The notes under the pieces: generated by a model
The model's database searches: none
Seen by the model: only the letters and a program-made list of their open reading frames with translations
What the model was told of the DNA's origin: nothing
NCBI GenBank assembly: GCA_913060895.1
Contig: CAJXSN010000013.1
Span: forward strand, 4,134 to 68,133
Direction of reading: 5' to 3'
Source of the DNA: an uncultured Sphingomonadaceae bacterium
Lineage (GTDB): Bacteria; Pseudomonadota; Alphaproteobacteria; Sphingomonadales; Sphingomonadaceae
Length of the DNA stretch: 64,000 bases
Made by a program: the position numbers and the translations under genes
Part shown: one piece after another, positions 60,248 to 64,000 of the stretch
Layout: each line of letters opens with the position of its first letter
How positions within the stretch are numbered: position 1 is the stretch's first letter

Positions 60248-61058
60248 CCTTCCCCCTTTACGTGAAGTCATTGCGCGTCACGGCTTGAGCGCATCCAAGG
60301 CACTGGGCCAAAACTTCCTGTTCGACGCGCAGTTGCTTGATCGTATTGCCGCGATCCCCGGTGATTTGCAGGGCAAGGCGGTGCTGGAAATCGGCCCCGG
60401 CCCAGGCGGCCTGACCCGCGCATTACTGGCCGCAGGCGCGCGAGTGACGGCCATCGAGATGGACCCCCGCTGCCTGCCTGCGCTGGCCGAACTGGAAGAA
60501 GCCTTCCCCGATCAATTGACTGTAGTCGAAGGCGACGCAATGAAGATCGACCACGCTGAGCTAATGGGTGAACCCTTTGCCGTGGTCGCCAACCTGCCAT
60601 ACAATGTGGGCACCGCGCTGTTCGTGCGCTGGCTTGGTGGAGAAAGCTGGCCACCGCAATGGACTTCGCTGACTTTGATGTTTCAACAGGAAGTCGCCCA
60701 ACGGATCGTCTCCAAACCCGGCAGTGGTGCCTATGGACGCCTCGCCATGCTGGCCCAATGGCGCAGCGCAGCGACGCTGGCAATGAAGGTCCATCGCAGC
60801 GCCTTCACCCCGCCGCCCAAAGTAATGAGCGCCATAGTGCACGTCACCCCGGACACCATGCCGGAGGACGTCTCCGCCAGAACACTCGAGCAGATTACCG
60901 CCGCCGCTTTCGGTCAGCGCCGCAAGATGTTGCGGCAAAGCCTGAAATCCGTGCCTGGTGCGGTCGAGGCGCTCGAACAGCTTGGTATCGAACCCACCCT
61001 CCGCGCCGAAACGCTTACCGTCGATGATTTTGTAAAACTGGCGCGCGCGCTTTCCTGA
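60240..61058 (+). CDS. rsmA: 16S rRNA (adenine1518/1519-N6)-dimethyltransferase
   Basis: It contains KALGQNFL, the SAM motif LEIGPGPGGLT and NLPYNV. It overlaps the pdxA end by 8 nt. Confidence 0.95.
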   Translation: MADLPPLREVIARHGLSASKALGQNFLFDAQLLDRIAAIPGDLQGKAVLEIGPGPGGLTRALLAAGARVTAIEMDPRCLPALAELEEAFPDQLTVVEGDAMKIDHAELMGEPFAVVANLPYNVGTALFVRWLGGESWPPQWTSLTLMFQQEVAQRIVSKPGSGAYGRLAMLAQWRSAATLAMKVHRSAFTPPPKVMSAIVHVTPDTMPEDVSARTLEQITAAAFGQRRKMLRQSLKSVPGAVEALEQLGIEPTLRAETLTVDDFVKLARALS

Positions 61059-61083
61059 CAGACAGCAAACCCGTATTTCTTTA

Positions 61084-61755
61084 TCAGCGACACGGACTGC
61101 TCGCCGATGTGTAACTGCTTCCCCAGCTGCGATAGCCGCTTGCATCGATATGAAACCGTCCGCCAGCGTAAGTTGGCCGCGCAGGATCGTAATACGCCCC
61201 CAGACCCATAAGACTGGCCGCCCCGGCGTCATCCTGCATCGCACATAAGCTCTGATAGAATTCTGCCCCACCCTGCCGCGTGGCAGTGGCTAGATCGAGA
61301 GCGGCGAAGTCGAGATGGTTGCTACGGCTGGCCCCGCGTGCGCAAGTGTTAAGTTCAGGCGTGCGATAGCTGGAGAGAACCTGCACCTCTCCTACCGCTG
61401 GCACAACCTCGTCTCTGACAAGGCGGAGTGGTTCAACTACATTGGGCCATAATTCGCGTGGCGGAACTCGAAACACCGAGAGGTCGCAGCGCCTGGCATA
61501 GTGCTCGTCAATCCGGGTCAATTGCCAAGCAGGAACGATGCTATCGACTTGCTTTGACCTGAGATAAGCCTGCAGTGCAACGAATTCGCTGCGGCGTGCA
61601 TTATCCTCCCGGACCCATGCCTGAAAGGCACCGTAAGATGTTGGCGATGCCATGCCCGAAATGCGCGCAATGTCGTCGCGGCGACCCCACAAGACAATCG
61701 CCAGGCCGGCTAAAAGCAGGAACCAAATGAAACGGGGAGCGGCATGGCGAAGCAT
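61084..61755 (-). CDS. Peptidase M15-like (D-Ala-D-Ala carboxypeptidase family) metallohydrolase
   Basis: It has an N-terminal TM anchor and an M15-type pattern (SSYRTPELN....SRSNHLDFAALDL ... GRFHID). Confidence 0.65.
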   Translation of the reverse strand: MLRHAAPRFIWFLLLAGLAIVLWGRRDDIARISGMASPTSYGAFQAWVREDNARRSEFVALQAYLRSKQVDSIVPAWQLTRIDEHYARRCDLSVFRVPPRELWPNVVEPLRLVRDEVVPAVGEVQVLSSYRTPELNTCARGASRSNHLDFAALDLATATRQGGAEFYQSLCAMQDDAGAASLMGLGAYYDPARPTYAGGRFHIDASGYRSWGSSYTSASSPCR

Positions 61756-61785
61756 CTCGGCTTACTGTTGATAAGCTTGTTGTGT

Positions 61786-63888
61786 TTAGCTTTTCGCTTT
61801 CTTCTCAAGCCGCCATTTGTGCAGCAACGGCTCGGTATAGCCGCTTGGCTGTTCCACGCCCTTGAACACTAGATCGCAGGCAGCCTTGAACGCAATACCA
61901 TCCCAGTTTCCAGCCATCGGTTCGTAGGTCGGATCGCCAGCATTTTGTTCGTCCACCTTGGCAGCCATACGTTTCAGGCTATCCATTACCTGTTCGCGGC
62001 TGGCGACGCCGTGAAGCAACCAGTTGGCCATGTGCTGCGAACTGATCCGCAGAGTGGCGCGGTCTTCCATCAGGCCGATATCGTTGATGTCCGGAACCTT
62101 CGAGCAGCCAACGCCCTCATCGATCCAACGCACCACGTAACCGAGCAGACCTTGCGCGTTGTTATCCAATTCCTCGCGCACGTCGTCTTCGGACCAGTTG
62201 GTGCCCTCTGCCAACGGAATGGTCAGGAGATCATCAAGGCCGGCTATATCACCAAGGCCTTTCTGAATTTCGAACACGTCTTCGCGGTGGTAGTGGATCG
62301 CATGAAGCGTGGCAGCGGTGGGGCTGGGAACCCATGCGGTGTTGGCCCCGGCACGCAAATGACCGATCTTCTCGATCATCATCTGACCCATCAGATCGGG
62401 CGCTGCCCACATCCCCTTGCCGATTTGCGCACGGCCCGACAGGCCGTGTTTCAAGCCGATGCCGACATTGCGTGCTTCGTACGCCTTGAGCCATGCGGCG
62501 TTCTTCATCGCGCCTTTGCGCATCATGGGGCCGGCTTGCATGGAGGTGTGTATCTCGTCTCCGGTACGGTCGAGGAAGCCGGTGTTGATGAACACGATCC
62601 GGTCGCGCACGGCATGGATGCAGGCGGACAGATTGGCGGAAGTGCGCCGTTCCTCGTCCATCACGCCGACCTTGATCGTGTGACGCGGCAGGTCGAGCAT
62701 GTCCTCAACCGCATCGAACAGGTCATTGGTAAAGGCGCATTCTTCCGGCCCGTGCATCTTGGGCTTCACTATGTAGATGTTGCCGACCTTGCTGTTGCCG
62801 TAGCGGGTCAGACCGCGCACATCCTGGGCGGAAATGGCGCTGGTCAATACGCTGTCCATAATGCCTTCGGGTATCTCGGAGCCATCTTCGAGCTGAATTG
62901 CCGGATTGGTCATCAGGTGGCCGACATTGCGCACAAACAGAAGGCTGCGGCCCGGAAGCGTGTGTTCGGCCCCGTCGGCATCGGTGTAAGCCTTGTCGCC
63001 CGCCAGTTCGCGGGTCAGCGTTTCTCCGCCCTTGGCAAAGCTTTCCTGCAAATCACCGCGGATCACACCCAGCCAATTGGTGTAGGCGAGCAACTTGTCC
63101 TCTGCATCCACAGCGGCGACCGAGTCTTCGCAATCAGCAATCGTGGTGAGCGCGGATTCAAGAACGACATCGCTGATGCCGCTAGGGTCGGTCTTTCCGA
63201 TTGGGCTCTCTGAATCGAACTGAACTTCGATATGCAGGCCATTGCGCTTGAACAGGCGGCCCTTTTCAGTTTCGCCAATATACTGACTGGAATCCTTTAA
63301 AGGGATGCCGCTGGATGGATCGCCGAGTGCATCCCATGTGCCGCTCGCCAAAGGAACCGCTTCATCCAGGAACGCCTTCGCCTCTGCTATCACCGCTGCG
63401 CCGCGATCCTCGTCATAGCCGCCCGGCTTCGCAGGTGCAGCGTCAAGTGTATCCGTGCCGTAAAATGCATCATACAGGCTGCCCCAACGTGCATTGGCCG
63501 CGTTGAGCAGGAAGCGCGCATTGAGGATAGGCACCACCAGTTGCGGCCCCGCCATCGTGGCAATTTCGGGGTCCACATTCTGTGTACCGATGGTGAAATC
63601 CTTCGGCTCCGGTACCAGATAATCGATCTCTTGCAGAAATATACGGTAAGCGGCGGCATCATGGGGCTGTCCGCGACGCTGGTTATGCCATGCATCGATC
63701 TGTGCTTGCAGCGTCTCCCTCTTTTCCAGAAGAGCAGCATTTAGCGGCGCAAACCGATGAACAAGATCGGAGAAGCCCTGCCAGAATGCTTCCGGTGTCG
63801 TTTTCAGCGGCGGCAGAACATCGTTTTCGATGAAGCCAGCCAGCGCGGGATCAACTTTCAGGCGGCCTTTGGCGATGTATTCGGGCAT
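61786..63888 (-). CDS. glcB: Malate synthase G
   Basis: The 700-aa product shows end-to-end similarity to GlcB (N-terminus [15 protein letters not shown]..., catalytic region [27 protein letters not shown]-like segment). Confidence 0.95.
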   Translation of the reverse strand: MPEYIAKGRLKVDPALAGFIENDVLPPLKTTPEAFWQGFSDLVHRFAPLNAALLEKRETLQAQIDAWHNQRRGQPHDAAAYRIFLQEIDYLVPEPKDFTIGTQNVDPEIATMAGPQLVVPILNARFLLNAANARWGSLYDAFYGTDTLDAAPAKPGGYDEDRGAAVIAEAKAFLDEAVPLASGTWDALGDPSSGIPLKDSSQYIGETEKGRLFKRNGLHIEVQFDSESPIGKTDPSGISDVVLESALTTIADCEDSVAAVDAEDKLLAYTNWLGVIRGDLQESFAKGGETLTRELAGDKAYTDADGAEHTLPGRSLLFVRNVGHLMTNPAIQLEDGSEIPEGIMDSVLTSAISAQDVRGLTRYGNSKVGNIYIVKPKMHGPEECAFTNDLFDAVEDMLDLPRHTIKVGVMDEERRTSANLSACIHAVRDRIVFINTGFLDRTGDEIHTSMQAGPMMRKGAMKNAAWLKAYEARNVGIGLKHGLSGRAQIGKGMWAAPDLMGQMMIEKIGHLRAGANTAWVPSPTAATLHAIHYHREDVFEIQKGLGDIAGLDDLLTIPLAEGTNWSEDDVREELDNNAQGLLGYVVRWIDEGVGCSKVPDINDIGLMEDRATLRISSQHMANWLLHGVASREQVMDSLKRMAAKVDEQNAGDPTYEPMAGNWDGIAFKAACDLVFKGVEQPSGYTEPLLHKWRLEKKAKS

Positions 63889-64000
63889 GGGTCCTCACTC
63901 GGGTCAGATAAATACAATTGCTGTAAAATGTCTGGGGAGGACAAGGGCGCTATGGCGAAGGCGCGCGCGCTTTGCAACGATGCACAGACGGTGCCCGGGC

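Overview
The window looks like about 64 kb of core chromosome from a GC-rich alphaproteobacterium. Gene order and an EL346-like LOV histidine kinase suggest Sphingomonadales/Erythrobacteraceae; this is an inference, since no search was possible. It is densely packed with about 65 intact genes, mostly housekeeping. These include mgtE, mutY, a DUF721/DciA-like gene with two DsbA paralogs and smc, the rpmF-plsX-fabH-ihfA-merR cluster, cysS, cobT, priA, and the F1 ATP synthase operon atpHAG-(lipoprotein)-DC. Also present are glmU, cysE, hdaA, purMN, ndk, holC, pepA, the lptD-surA-pdxA-rsmA cluster and glcB. By eye I found no rRNA, tRNA, CRISPR array, IS element, transposase, integrase or recognisable defence-system gene. 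I cannot point to a clear novel multi-gene system. The best candidate is an orphan CI/LexA-type autocleavable repressor (19084-19755) divergent from a translationally coupled two-gene cassette of unknown function, with repeat operators in the spacer. Lesser observations are listed here.
- A membrane-tethered trypsin-like protease carries an unassignable Cys-containing C-domain.
- PurN is fused in frame to a YjbR/MmcQ-like domain.
- A 50-aa DUF2256 zinc-ribbon gene, absent from the ORF track, is start/stop-coupled to holC.
- An exact EcfG-type general-stress promoter drives a small hydrophilic protein.
- An FeS-type (6-4) photolyase sits next to a LOV kinase.
- A lipoprotein gene lies inside the atp operon, and a structured G-quadruplex-capable atpD-atpC spacer precedes a truncated epsilon subunit.
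All family names come from motif recognition by eye, and start codons are often uncertain by tens of nucleotides. Many long ORFs in the track are antisense shadows of real genes and were rejected.
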